From the NCBI GenBank assembly GCA_977017645.1, contig OZ360246.1, positions 30,876,001 through 30,940,000 on the forward strand: 64,000 nucleotides of DNA. The letters run 5' to 3'. Of this stretch, positions 11,909-25,181 are shown one piece after another. The DNA is from Torpedo marmorata. Lineage: Eukaryota. The number at the start of each line of letters is the position of its first letter. Position 1 is the first letter of the stretch. The notes beneath the pieces were generated by a model, which was given only the letters and a program-made list of their open reading frames with translations, was not told the origin of the DNA and ran no database searches. The position numbers were made by a program, and so were the translations under genes.

Positions 11909-13125
11909 TCAACATTATTTGTGCCTTGAGGAAATTTCTAGATATTTTGGAAGTCAGTCAAAATATAGGCCATTCTGAATCAATATTTGAATTTTCGGGG
12001 AGGTGAACAAAGCAGTCGTCAGAGAAATGTCTGTGAACATTACTGACACAATCTTCTACGCTTCTTGATAAAACCTCTCTTGACGGGCATGAAAAGGACA
12101 GCAAAGTATTGAACTGTCTATGACATTGGAAGGGCGAATGGACAGGTTACCCAATTAACAAAATGTGGCAAGTTATATCCTGCCAGGATCTGCATTGGAG
12201 TCTCAACTATTCACAGTGTTTATTCATGTCCTGGAGAATGGGATAGCAAGGCACATTACAATCTTGTCAAAATACAAAAATAAGCAGCGCAGTGTGGATG
12301 GAAGTAAAGATTTATGAAGATATTAATATTTGAATGATTAGACAAAATGCAGGAAATGAAATTCAATACTGACAAATTTGACATGCACTGGAGAAAGGTT
12401 ATAACAAAGTACATTTTAATTGAGGAAACACTGGAGATCCAAAGATAGAGGCCTATGAATATCAATCATTAAAATCTTGTGGGCAGGGACAGGAAATAAA
12501 CATAAAAGCTAACGGAATTCGTAGAGTAAATGAAAAGTTACGATATAGCTATACAAGCTCTGGTTAGATAATGCCTGGAAAACTGGGGTAGTTCTGGGCA
12601 CCAGCTCTTAGAAAGAACACATTGATTTCAGAGCTAGTGTTACATAAATGACCTCTGAACTCCCAGGAATTGTATAAATTAGTATATATTCCATAGAATT
12701 TCAAAGGTGGTGAGGTCTTCAGGTAGCATTTAGTGTTTAATGCTAATTAAAGTTGCACAGTTTTGATGCATATAAAAATTCGTTGGAGGTTAGGAATTTT
12801 AAAATTTCAAATATTCAGCAAAAGCAGTGGTGATTACTGATCTGCCTCTGGTAATGAATGGGAACTACTTTGGGTAATAAATTAAGTTGAATAGCCTAAA
12901 TTTGGATACTGCCATGGTGTATCAGAACCAAACTAAATCCACTGATAAAATGAATGTCCTCAAATCATCATGTTGGGATGATGAAACCCACCTCTTCACC
13001 TGGCTCCTCACCTCAAATCTTTTTTTTATATGCAACCTTCAGGGATTGGTACAGACACTTTACTAAACACATAGCAATGGTTGAAAAATCATGAGGCTTT
13101 ATTCTAACACTGGTTTTGCTCTTAC

Positions 13126-13234
13126 CTGTACTACCATTCTTGGTTGGCCACAGCTTAGCCACCCATCTTGGAAATACCAGGTCTGGGTGGTGCTGCGACG
13201 TTGGTCTGGCTTTCTCAACATGAGTGGTTCATAT
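13126..13234 (-). CDS. VPS13D: VPS13D coding exon 23: (R)YEPLMLRKPDQRRSTTQTWYFQDGWLSCGQPRMVVQ (ricin-B-like region)
   Basis: ggcag acceptor, CAG|GTAAGA donor; 109 nt, phase 2 to 0; QxW motif. Confidence 0.94.
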
Positions 13235-13463
13235 CTGCCACAGATAAATGATATATACATTGGTAATAAAACCCGCACAGAGGATACACCTACAAGTACA
13301 AAATCTTGCTTCTTGTTAGCTTACTTAATGCTACCCGGTGTAATTACAGAAGAGGACGTCTCAGGTTCATAACTTGATTGATTCAAAATCAAGGTGACAT
13401 CAGGATTATAATCTCACAACATCACTGAACTCATGAGGGAAAAATTAGCTCAGTTTCCTCTTA

Positions 13464-13690
13464 CCGTGGGGCGGTGCGGTTAGCGCAACGCTGCTACAAC
13501 GCCAGCGACCGGGGTTCAAATCCCGCACTGTCTGTAAGGAGTTTGTATACTCTCCCCATGTCTGCGTAGGTTTTCTCTGGGTGCTCCGGTTTTTCTTCCA
13601 CCGTTCAAAATGGTGTAGGTCAATTGGGTGGCACGGGCTCGTGGGCCGCAAGGGCCTGTTACCGTGCTGTATGTCAGTATGTATGTCATT
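13464..13690 (+). mobile_element. tRNA-derived V-SINE
   Basis: B-box GGTTCAAATCC, V-domain, same 3' end as 7748 copy, (ATGT)n tail. Confidence 0.85.
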
Positions 13691-14285
13691 CACAATTTAT
13701 TGAAACATACACATTGGAAGTTAACAGGTTCAGGTTAAGCTGTGATGTCTGCCGATTGATTGAGAGAAGAGCCAATGTGTAATCACTAAGGATTTAAGAA
13801 CGGGTACTTGGATGTGCAAAATGTATTGTTTTCATAAGGAGGAAGAAAAACGAACAAAACATAGGATTGTATTTACTGTCATTTATTTTATAGAACAGCA
13901 AAAAGATTAAATGTTTTATCCATGTCATGTAATGGAACAATGAAGTGCTGAATTGTGGCAGCAAACTTCATCAAAATGTTGCTAGACAAAGTTCTGAGCC
14001 ATCAAGATAAAGCCATTTAGCATATTTTAAAGTCTTATTATTGCAGACACCACTCAAACATTTAACATTAAGAGGGAAGGCTTTCTCTTAAACATTCAAT
14101 CCTCAGACGCAATCAAGGAAAATACTTCTATAATTGGTTACCTTCATGATCTGCTTGATTACATAAAGTCATAACTAAGAGATGTACCTCAAGAAATAAG
14201 CAGCAATCAATACCATCATTATTGAGAAAATGGATTGAGAATTAAATTTTGTTACTTACACCTATTCACATTTGCGGTACTTTAC

Positions 14286-14449
14286 CTATAGTCAGTGACA
14301 GCAGTCAAGCCCGCAATATCGAGGACCAATCCAGAATTTGTTTGTTTACTGGAAGAGGGTTTGTTGGGGTTATGAGGAGGAGAAGAACCCTCATGGCATA
14401 ACATCCCACTACCAGTCATGCGCCAAAGTTGTGACCTTTTACCTGGTTC
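14286..14449 (-). CDS. VPS13D: VPS13D coding exon 22: EPGKRSQLWRMTGSGMLCHEGSSPPHNPNKPSSSKQTNSGLVLDIAGLTAVTDY (ricin-B-like region)
   Basis: tctag acceptor, AG|GTAAAG donor; 164 nt, phase 0 to 2; QLW motif. Confidence 0.95.
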
Positions 14450-15465
14450 CTAGATTTACAAAGATGCGAGCAGAATTTTATTACAGTTTATAGGCAAAGC
14501 AAAGAATAAGACACAAGCTAATCAAAGTATGACAACATTTTTCTGTCACTAAATAAAGTGAGTTTAGCTGCTATATTTTCCCGATTGCCTCTCCGCTTAT
14601 GCCCAATAGATATCTATGCTACTGGGTTACATTCACCTTCCAAAGGCCTTGAAGAAATTTACACACAAACCACTCAAGCTTGAAGCAAGCACGAACACTG
14701 GATGTCTGATTCACTGCTGCACAACTGCTATGTGCACATTCAGAAAATTGAACTTACTAAATTACCGGTAGTTACTTTAAACGTTCCTTGACAAAAGATC
14801 TTGCCTACCTAGTGCCAACATGATCACGTAACTGCAATGTTGGCCTGTTATTTCTGATACAACTCCACAACTGACAAAATTGTTATGAGTGATTCCTGCA
14901 ACAACCACTATTCCTCCTCTCTCCAGCAAATGCATCCTTGTATACCGAACCAAAGTGCATATTAACCACCAAAAAGAGGCACGTGGCTCTGTTTACATCT
15001 TATAGTCCTTATTCTTCAAGTTTATTGTTTCCTGTGCTACTGCACCAAACAGATCAGGTGATCCTCAAGAGTATCCTTGTTTTGTGTTGGATGAACTCTT
15101 CCGTGAAGTAGTGCTAGAATTAAAATCAGTGTCCTAGGCTTGGAGGGATAAAACGCTTAACTTGTTCAAACTTAATTGGTCTGAGGTGCAATATTCTCTT
15201 AGGTCTGGCATTACTTGCTTTTTAACAGTCTCTGTGAAGAATAGTTAAAGAGATATACTGTCTGTCCTCTGATAGGGTTGACACCTTGTGCGCAAAAATA
15301 CATGGGAAACATTAAAAAAAAATCTGCCATTTTCTTACTGGACGGATCTAAGGCTTTTGTTCAATGCTTTTTTCTCCCAATGCCCAGTGAACATATTCCT
15401 TGTTCCAAAGAAAGAACAGTTGAAGATATGACTTCCTCACATGAATTTTTTTTTTCTTATTTTAC

Positions 15466-15583
15466 CTTTTTCTTTAGGATCACTCTTCCAGTTTTGGGTG
15501 CCACATCCAGAACTAGTTCTGCAAATCTAATGTTTTTCTTTTCTGAACCTTGAGTAACAGGCCTTCCAGAAGATTTCACAATC
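15466..15583 (-). CDS. VPS13D: VPS13D coding exon 21: IVKSSGRPVTQGSEKKNIRFAELVLDVAPKTGRVILKKK
   Basis: atcag acceptor, AAG|GTAAAA donor; 118 nt, phase 2 to 0. Confidence 0.92.
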
Positions 15584-16741
15584 CTGATTACAAAAGGACA
15601 TCAAATTTAATATTTTATTAAAAAATCCTCATATCCTCAGAACATTCACAGTGCTTCACTTCTCATGAAGTACAAAGAGCACCTTGATCATTTGAGTCAT
15701 ATGAGCCAATACGATCCATAACAAGGCTCCATAAAAACAATATTTTACTTATTTTGGTAGTGTTGGTAGAAAGTTAAGCAGTGGCTGGGATGGTTTGAGA
15801 AAAAAAATACCTTCAAATCATACCATGGAATATTTCCACATGACAGGACAGATTGACACCTTATCTGAAAACGTGCAGCAGCAGTGTCCCTGATATATCA
15901 GGCTTGATTGAATGTTCAAGTCTTCGTACTGGGGCTTTAATTTCAAAACAGGCGCCACCGACTCATGTCCAACACACAAACTCAACTTGCAATGAAAATA
16001 TTTTCATTGTAGTTCATTTTGAAAAGTTAATTTTGCAAAACACAAAAGGATAAGCCATTTTATTTTTGAAAGGCTTATTCATTGAATGTGTCCTGAATTT
16101 CGAGTTTACAGTTGAAGGTTCCTTCATTTCCTCCAGAACCATGCAGCATTAGCTTTGCAGCAGGCTGAATACTTTTATTTACCAATCCATTCTCTTTACC
16201 ACCTATAAATGTAGGTAAGAAATGTGTTGCCAATCAGCTCCTTTCAGTAATTTTGAAACGCCTGCTGACTTTTCAGTCTTTGAGTTAGAGTCACCTGGTA
16301 TGTGGACACTTGGACAAGTATGTAAATCTGAGAAATAGTATGCCAAATCATGAACACATCATCCCACCAGCTGAACTCAACTTGGCATGAGAAGGAACAA
16401 GAAGTCATGAAAGTTTTTAACATTTTCAAAAAGAAAGCAGATTCCCTCACAAGCAAATCTTATTCTTCAAATCTTTCATTGATTTACCTTGATCACACAT
16501 TTTTCTCTCACTATTCACTTTGACTAAATACTAAAAGAACAGTTTTACAAACAATGAGAATAACATGCATAAATTGTAGGATATTAATATATGCATGCAA
16601 TGATGTTGCAACATTTCTTCCTTTCATCTTAAACTGTTAAAGAGTTTCACGATGACCATCCAAAACCATTCTAAAGTTATACCCGATTCATCAAAACCTG
16701 CAACCTTAAATTCAGGCAGAAAAAATTAAAAAAAAACCTAC

Positions 16742-16977
16742 CCAGAGAAGGTATGGGTGGAAGCAATGTAGATGAAATTCTCATAATAAAGCTGTTTGGA
16801 CTCTTTGAAATCATTCATATCACAGGTAATTTCTGATGAGCCTGCCCCTTTCACGGAGAGTGTAATGAAAGGCTGAAGAACAGGCTCGTCCCAGGCATAA
16901 TCCAGTGATGTGGATGGTTTTACCTCTGTTTTTAGTCTTGGCTCTGCCACACCATGTTGATTGAAAATAATTGCAAC
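16742..16977 (-). CDS. VPS13D: VPS13D coding exon 20: VAIIFNQHGVAEPRLKTEVKPSTSLDYAWDEP...QLYYENFIYIASTHTFSG
   Basis: gtcag acceptor, GG|GTAGGT donor; 236 nt, phase 0 to 2; YAWDEP VAB motif. Confidence 0.95.
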
Positions 16978-17477
16978 CTGACACAAAAGTAAAAGAGGAG
17001 AGATCAGGAACTTGATGTAAAGGCAGATAGATATTTCACTTTGTTACGATACTGGCATAACAGTTCTTCCTCTGGCTGCTTGCATTTTTCAGATTGCAGG
17101 AATGGTCATACTGTAATAGTTTTAAAGTTGCTCTGAATAAGAACATTAAGTGCAAGAGATTAAGCACTTTAAATTAAGAATGATCTATCTTGTTATTTAA
17201 GAATAATGAACAATTGTAACTAGTCAGCACGCTGGGCTTATATGCATTGGACGAACTAGCCAATACCGTGACAGCTGGATATTCTGGTCTTCCTTGATGT
17301 TTTTTTTTATCAATATTGCAACTACACATTATAATATTGAAACAAATATGGGCAAAAGCTGCAGAAATAGTTTTTAGCATACCCATACTAATACAATGCT
17401 AATTAAACAATGAGCAATTTTAAATCGAGTGTTGTTTGGTCTGTCTTTTCACTATTCTCTCAGATTTAGTTTGAGTG

Positions 17478-17735
17478 GGGAGAAGGTTCAAAAGTGGGAA
17501 ATCGCACACCAACAGGCTTAAAGACATATTCTTCCTCACTACCATCAGGCTCATGAATGAACCTCACAATAGAGCACTCATGCTGCCCTTGTGATGCACT
17601 TATTGATCTTTTCACTGTAACACCATATTCTGTATTTGTGCTCTTGCTCTTCCACTTTGTACAGTTGTATGAATGTTGATTTGTTAGACTGCTGGCAGAA
17701 AAACCCTTCTCACTGTCCCAGACAATTAACTTGAA
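17478..17735 (+). mobile_element. Old Rex1-like LINE 3' end
   Basis: GRRFKS..HTNRLKD.FF.TTIRL.N-like terminus, then 3'UTR ending AATTAACTTGAA. Confidence 0.6.
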
Positions 17736-17854
17736 GCATTAAGTTCCAGGTATAATGTGACAATTAACTTCTATATTAAAGCATTAAAAACAGAAATATC
17801 AATCGATTAAGTACAGTTGGGAGACATTTGGAACTCTTCCACAAACATCAATTG

Positions 17855-17937
17855 TATTGGGTGGCATGGACTCGTGGGCTGAAATGGCCTTGTTACCGTG
17901 CTGTATGTCTAAATTTTTAAAAAATTAAATTTTAAAT
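17855..17937 (+). mobile_element. SINE 3' fragment
   Basis: GGCATGGACTCGTGGGCTGAAATGGCC..TTACCGTGCTGTATGTCTAAATTT matches tail of 7748 copy. Confidence 0.7.
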
Positions 17938-18063
17938 AATTGTTAGATCCAAGATTGAGAGTTTTTTTTCATCAAAAGGGGATTGGGAAACTGGAGTTAA
18001 AACAGATAAGCCATGATTGGTGGAACAGGTTTGAAGAGAATAATATTTCAAACCTGTGTTTAT

Positions 18064-18678
18064 ACCGATCCATACCACGACCGCACTTCGGCAAGTCTTA
18101 TCACCTGGCTGTACTTCTACTCCCGGCGTACAAGCAGACTGAAGACCACAGCACCAGTGGTGAGGACGGCAAAAGTATGGTCGAGGGAGGTGGAGGAGCG
18201 ACTGCAGGACAGCTTTGAATCGGTGGACTGGAACATATTCAAGAACTCAACCATAGACCTGAATGAATATGCAACAGGTGTCACCGACTTCATCAAGACC
18301 TGCGTGGATGAGTGTGTGCCCACGCGCAAATACCAGGTGTTCCCCAACCAGAATCCCTGGATGAATCAGAGAATTCGCAACCTGTTGAGGGCGAGAACAA
18401 GGACGTTTAAGTCCGAGGATCGGGATCTTTACAAGAAATCCAGGCACGACCTGCAGAAGGCCATCTCTGAAGCAAAGTGGCAATTCCGGAGGAAGATAGA
18501 GACAGACACGCCAGCTATGGCAAGGAGTGCAGGCCATTACAGCCTACAATGCAAAGGCAAACACTATAGACGGCTGTGATGCTTCACTACCCGATGAGCT
18601 GAACACCTTCTATGCCCGCTTTGAGAAGAAGAACCAAACAGTGCCTACTAGAATCCCTGAAAAGGCTGAGGACTGAGT
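18064..18678 (+). mobile_element. Internal fragment of a Rex1/Babar LINE (endonuclease C-terminus and linker)
   Basis: RPHFGKSYHLAVLLLPAYKQ, LQDSFESVDWNIFK, FPNQNPWMN; no RT or 3' end. Confidence 0.85.
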
Positions 18679-21048
18679 GATAATGCCAAGGAGGTGATCT
18701 GGGAACTGTGTGGGGCTTTTGGCGAACTGCAGACCGCACACCCTGATGGTTTGCTGATTATCGCTGGCGACTTCAACCAGGTGAACCTCAAGTCAGGGCT
18801 ACCTAAATTCCATCAGTATGTGGACTTTGCTACGAGAGGGGCGAACGCGTTGGACCTTGTGTTTACAAACATTTCCGATATGTATCGGGCGGAGCCCCGC
18901 CCCCACCTCGGATATTCAGACCATATCTCTGAAATGCTAACCTCAGCATACAGACCGCTCGCCAGACGCTCCAGACCAGTTCTGAAGCAGGTTAAAACCT
19001 GGCCAGCAGGTTCCATCCATGAACTTCAGGACTGCTTTGAGCGTACTGATTGGCACATGTTCAGGGATGCAGCAACTGATGGCGACTGCATCAATCTGGA
19101 GGAGTATACGGCATCAGTGACTAGTTACATTAGTAAGTGTACTGACGAAGTCACTGTGCCCAAGACCATCATTACTCGCTCTAATCAGAAGCCATGGATG
19201 ACTGCGGAGGTGTGTGTGCTGCTGAGGGGCCGAAACTCTGCCTTCAGTGCGGGCGACAAGGTAACCCTAGCTATTGCGAGAGCCAAGCTGTCTAAGGCCA
19301 TCAGGGAGGCAAAGCGTGCACATGCCCAGCGAATTCAGTCACTTTCAGGACAGCAAGGACACGCGACGCACGTGGAAGGACATTCAAGATATCACTAACC
19401 ACAAGATCTGACTGTGCTGGTGATGCCTCCCTCCCAGATGCACTGAACAACTTCTACGCGCGTTTTGAGGCGAAAAATAATGTAGCGGCAAAGAAGACAA
19501 CCCCTCCTCCAAATGATCAGGTGCTGTGTTTCACAGTGGCCGACGTGAGGAGAGTGTTAAGCAAGGTTAACCCACGGAAAGCTGCTGGTCCAGATAACAT
19601 CCCCGGCAGAGTGCTCATGGGATGTGCGGCCCAGCTGGCTGATGTTCTCACCGACATCTTTAACATCTCCCTGAGCAGTGCCATGGTTCCAACATGCTTC
19701 AAAGCCGCTACCATCATCCCCGTGCCAAAGAAGTCGACGGTGTCCTGCCTCAATGACTACCGCCCTGTCGCACTCACATCTACTGTCATGAAGTGCTTCG
19801 AGAGGCTCGTCATGGGGCACATCAAGCTTCTGCTGCCCCCCTCACTGGACCCCCTGCAGTTTGCATATAGATCAAACCGCTCCACGGATGATGCCATCAT
19901 TACCACCCTCCACCTAGCCCACACCCACCTGGAAAATAAAGACGCGTATGTTCGAATGCTGTTTATTGACTTCAGCTCGGCATTCAACACGATCATACCT
20001 CAGTAGCTGATAGGGAAGTTGAGCGGGCTGGGCCTAAACAACACCCTCTGTAATTGGATTCTAGACTTCCTGACGGGAAGACCTCAGGCAGTCCGGATTG
20101 GAAGCAGCACTTCTAAGGTCATTACATTGAGCACGGGGGCTCCCCAGGGCTGTGTGCTTAGTCAATTGCTGTTCACCCTGCTGACTCATGACTGTGCAGC
20201 AAAACACAGCTCGAATCACTTCATAAAGTTCGCTGATGATACAACCGTGGTGGGCCTTATCAGCAAGAACGATGAGTCAGCATACAGAGATGAGGTGCAG
20301 TCGCTAATGGAATGGTGCGGAGCCAACAACCTGCATCTGAATGTAAACAAAACGAAAGAGTTGGTTGTCGACTTCAGAAGGGCTCGGGGGGATCATTCTC
20401 CATTGACCATGGATGGCTCTTCCGTTGAGGTCGTAAAGAGTACCAAGTTTCTTGGAGTGCACTTGGCGGAGAGTCTCAGCTGGTCCCTCAACACCAGTTC
20501 CATAGTCAAGAAAGCCCAGCAGCGTCTTTACTTCCTGCGAAGGCTGAGGAAAGTTCATCTTCCACCCTCTATCCTTACTACATTCTACAGGGGATGTATT
20601 GAGAGTATTCTGAGCAATTGCATCACCGCTTGGTTTGGAAACTGTACCATCTCGGACCGAAAGACCCTGCAGAGGATAGTGGGGTCAGCGGAGAAAATTA
20701 TTGGTGTCTCTCTCCCCACCATGACGGACATCTACAACACACGATGCACGAGGAAGGCTAAAAACATTGTGAAGGACTTCTCATACCCCTTTGGTAAACT
20801 GTTTTCCCTTTTGCCATCTGGAAGGAGGTACCGAAGCACTCGGGCTCGTACGTTCAGACTGTGCAACACTTTTTTCCCCCAAGCCATCAGGCTCCTCAGT
20901 TCCTAGATATATATGTGTATTAGCATGTTATAGTTTTTTTTATTGTATTATGATATTTATGTACATTTGCTCATGGTCCTGGAGAAACGCTATCTCATCT
21001 TACTGTGTATATGGTAATGAACGACAAATAATGGTGGCTTGACTTGAC
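18679..21048 (+). mobile_element. Near-complete Rex1/Babar LINE (partial APE endonuclease, RT, 3'UTR), lightly disabled
   Basis: AGDFN and GYSDH (APE); [43 protein letters not shown] (RT); frameshift near 19340-19410 and in-frame TAG at 20004-20006; (CTTGA)n tail. Confidence 0.93.
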
Positions 21049-21114
21049 GGGACAAAGTTAGGCGCAAAAGTTACCATGCTTCTTCATCTAAGTGGGGGTG
21101 GGATGGGGAGAATA

Positions 21115-21364
21115 TCGAACACTACAGCACAGTACAGGCCCTTTGGCCCTTGATGTTGTGCCGACCCATATATTCCTTAAAAAAAAGTACTAAACCCATC
21201 CTGAATAATCAATGAACCAAAGACAGTGCCTTACTTTTCGTGCACTATTATTTATATATATATATTTTTTGTAGTGATGTCGTAACATGGTTATGAATGT
21301 TTGTACTATGATGCTGTTGCAAAACACCGAATTTCATGACTTGTTCATGACAATAAATTCTGAT
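21115..21364. mobile_element. Minus-strand CR1/HER1-type 3' end (21115-21198) abutting a plus-strand Rex1 3'UTR (21199-21364)
   Basis: CACAGTACAGGCCCTTTGGCCC..GATGTTGTGCCGAC; second part nearly identical to 48998-49160. Confidence 0.7.
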
Positions 21365-21626
21365 TTGCAATGTTCCTAAAGATCAAATATATTCCTTGTT
21401 TGTTATCTGTCTCTGTTTTGAAAATGGCAGAAACTCTTGGCAAAGTTTGGTTTGCTGGACAGTCCGATAACGTTTAAATATTGACGTGTTCTGCTGTACA
21501 TGGATCAAAGCTGATCAGCTACGCACCACACCTCTAAGCAGTAGCAGCAATTTATGGAGTTGTAATTGCAAAACTTGAATTATATTGTCGACTCAAGTGT
21601 AATAATCAATGACCATAGTGATTTAC

Positions 21627-21750
21627 CTCTGAAAAGTTATCAACGCGGAAGGGTGGTGGCAGTTGTTCAGAGTTATTGAATGTAATATAATACGTTGCTC
21701 CTTTAAGAGTGATTTCTACCCGCAGGAGGTGACAATTACCATGGGTATCC
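21627..21750 (-). CDS. VPS13D: VPS13D coding exon 19: (R)DTHGNCHLLRVEITLKGATYYITFNNSEQLPPPFRVDNFSE
   Basis: tacag acceptor, GAG|GTAAAT donor; 124 nt, phase 2 to 0. Confidence 0.95.
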
Positions 21751-23084
21751 CTGTAAAACAAATGTGCGTGAGAGAAGCCATGTTAAAATCTTCAGTCAGA
21801 TTATTACACAGTAATAAGCAACAATAATGAGAAAGAAGTGACTGCAAACAAATACATTACAACTTTTTAGCCGAATATGGTTGTCAGAGTTAACTCCTGT
21901 GAAATATATTTTAAAAATCACCTAAAACTTTCTGATTATCTGTTTACCTGTGCTTCTCTGGGATTTTCTGTGTGGAGAGGTTCTGCAATAATATTCCCAC
22001 AATATGCTTATTTATATCTTTATTTTAATACTCAGTAGACAGTGAGAATATCTTGGATAGTTAATCACAAAGTTAATCTCCAACAATGATTTTATTCTCA
22101 CACACAGAAACTTCCCTCAGGAATTGCAGCAAAAGGCCCTGGAATGGGTATGTGTGCCAATTTTCCACTCTCAGGATATTGAGGTAAAATATGCCACATT
22201 TATTGAAATAGCACTGAGAATTACCGGTAAGTGGTATAGCATTAAATTGGAAATTAAAGCTTTGTCTGAAACCCACAATACATCATAAAGCCATTAGGAA
22301 GGGTGTACACCGGCAGCTAAACTGTATAAAGTACAAACAAGCTTTTAAGTTCTGCACATTAACACTTTTATCCAGGTTTTTGAACTGATTTCAAAATGAT
22401 TACAATATGTCTTCCAGGTTAACAGGCAAATGATTTAACCGGTGCATACAAAAGTTCAGTTTTGCGAACAAGTTAACATTGATTAAAAAAAAGGTTTGAA
22501 TTTGGCTGTTGTCCTCCAAATCATAATTGACAGTGAAATGTTAATTTTAAATCGAAGACAAAACCCCAGAAGATTTGGCTCCTTTGCTCCATTATTTTAG
22601 TCACTTGAACGTAACCCCACTGTTCTCTCTACCAGCAAGAAAGCATTTTTTAAGCAAACCAGTAGTTTCAAGATCAAAATTATGATACAAAAAGAAATCC
22701 TAATAGATAAAAGTGAACTTCACATCTTAGTAAAATCTAATCATGGAGAAAATTCCTTCTCAGAAGTTGAAAGAACAGCATTGAGCCAACAACTCAGTGC
22801 TATCCATACAATCAATGAAAAGAATGATTAACTTTTAGCAATCTACCTGCAAATCCACTATTCCACTGTGATGAGGCACACGAGGAGAAAGGCAACAAAC
22901 TACAGTGAGGTGAAGAGAGTATAAAAACATTTAGCAGCAGTTGATTAGATGAGAGCAATCCTGCCAAATCTATAACTGATAGCACAACTCACCAGTTTCT
23001 AACCGCCAAGTATAACCATGCTTAACTTTGAAAGTTACCTGACCTAAGCTACCTCATTTCATTTCTCTGGGGCACATTTCTCAC

Positions 23085-23260
23085 CTCATGTTGATGTGGA
23101 AGGAACTGTTCTTGTTCACCTCAAAACCTCCTGACCAAGTGCAGTTGGAAACATCCATTAAGCGCACACATAGCAACTGATCATAATCATTCCTTGGCCA
23201 ATGGAAAACTACACTGGCACCAGGTAGAGTTGAAATGTAACCGTCTGGATTCCGTGTGCC
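23085..23260 (-). CDS. VPS13D: VPS13D coding exon 18: GTRNPDGYISTLPGASVVFHWPRNDYDQLLCVRLMDVSNCTWSGGFEVNKNSSFHINMR
   Basis: ttcag acceptor, AG|GTGAGA donor; 176 nt, phase 0 to 2; WSGGF VAB motif. Confidence 0.96.
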
Positions 23261-24827
23261 CTGAAAGAGGAAGTTCTAATGAATATTACTTTGTCAAGGG
23301 ATCAAGAAGCTGTACTAACAATCCATGAAAAATGAACATAGGCTTGTCACATTTGAATCTGGGGTCCAGTTCTGGCAACGGGACAATGAAGGGATGGAAG
23401 CTCAAAAAAAGGGAAGAAAAAAGATGAGAGAGGAAATTTACATTCACAACGTATTTTGTTCTGGGGAGGCATCAAATACTTAAACTCTGATGAAATACTT
23501 TTGAAATGTAACCATAAACATTAAAAAAAAACAAGTAAAGGCAAAATACATCCAGAAATAACAAATCAGGTGAAAATTGTAATCCTTTAAACAGTATTAA
23601 TAGCACCATACCCTCTTTCTTAAGAGATGGCCAAAATGAGTTGAACAACTTTCCTCACCATATTGTAAAGAAAAGTAAAACACGAAAATCTGTAGACACC
23701 GTGGTTGAAGTAAAAAACACAAATGCTGGAGAAACTCAGCAGGGCAAACAGTGTCTTTTATGTAGCAAAGGTAGAAATACATAACCGACGTTTCGGGCCC
23801 GAGCCCCTCATCAAAGCATGAGAAAATGCCGACAGGCGTCCGAAGAAAAGAGTGAAGGGGGAAGGGGGGGGGTGGCAAAGGCAGGAGATGATAGGTGGAG
23901 AAAGGAGGGAGGGGACAGCAGCAAAGAGGGGGAGGAGGAATGGCTGGGTGGGTGGAAAAAAACAGGAAGGACAGGTGAGGGGGGAGGGGAAGGAAACGAC
24001 AAGCAGGTTTAGTGGAAAGCAGAAAAGTCAATGTTAATGCCATCTGGCTGGAGAGTGCCCAGACGGAAAATGAGATGTTGTTCCTCCAATTTGCGGGTAG
24101 TCTGGGTGGGATAGTACATAAGGACATGGACAGACATGTGAGTGTGGGAGTGTGACCCGGAATTGAAATGGTTGGCTACTGGGAGGTCGCTGTTGTTGTG
24201 GACGGAGAGGAGGTGCTCAGCAAAGCGATCTCCCAATCTACGACCGGTCTCTCCGATGTAGAGAAAGCCGCAAAGGGAGCACTGGATGCAGTAAATAAGT
24301 TCTCTGGATGTACAAGTGAAGTGTAGTTTCACTTGGAAGGCCTGTTTGGGGCCCTGGACCGTGGTGAGGGGGAATGTGTGGGCGCAGGTGTTGCACCTCC
24401 TGCGGGCACAGGGGAAGGTGCCGGGGGTGCGATGGGTGGGGAGGGATGAGTGCAAGAGGGAATCACGGAGGGAGCGGTCCCTACGGAAGGCCGAGAGGGG
24501 AGAAGGAAAAACGTGTCTGGTGGTGGAAGGTGGGAGAGGGGGGTAGGGAGGGTAGCCAGAGAGAGGGGGGGGGGATGGAGGGAAGGGAAGGGATGAGGTC
24601 TGAGGGTTGGGGAGGAGAGGGGGACAGAGAGGGGGAAGTAGGGAGAGGTGTAGGAGGATAGGGAAGGAGTAGTGAGGGGGATAGGTAAGTCGGATCCAGT
24701 AGTCAGCAGTCAGCGTGGGAGGCTCCAGCAGGTAACAGTCCTTGTCGGGAGTCGGCAGTGGAGGCATCGGGAGCTCTGGTGAGTAGGGGGCTCGGGGCCC
24801 GGGGTGTGGGTAGGAGTGGGAGGCTGT

Positions 24828-25050
24828 GGCGTTGGGAGCTCCGGTGAGACGGCGACCGGGGTCCAGGGTTGGGTCGGCGGCCGTGGCGTTGGGAGCTCCG
24901 GTAAGTCGGCGGCCGGGACCAGGGTTCAGGTCGGCGACTTTGGCGTTGGGAGCTCCGGTGAGACGGCGGCCGGGGTCCAGGCTCGGGTCGGCGGCCGACG
25001 CGTTGGGAGCTCCGGTAAGTCGGCGGCCGGGACCAGGGATCAGGTCGGTG
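24828..25050. repeat. GC-rich ~60-bp tandem repeat (about 4 copies) inside the Penelope element
   Basis: Recurrent GCGTTGGGAGCTCCGGT(G/A)AG(A/T)CGGCG(A/G)CCGGG; translates as repeated RRLTGAPNA. Confidence 0.9.
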
Positions 25051-25181
25051 GCCCAGCCATCCCTCCTCCCCCACTTTGCTGCTGTCCCCTCCCTCCTTTC
25101 TCCACCTATCATCTCCTGCCTTTGCCACCCCCCTCCCCTTCCCCCCTCACTCTTTTCTTCGGACGCCTGCCAGCATTTTCT

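Noticed and set aside
18679-21048. Active or domesticated reverse transcriptase gene
   Set aside because: 5'-truncated, frameshifted and carrying an in-frame stop; an ordinary dead Rex1 copy
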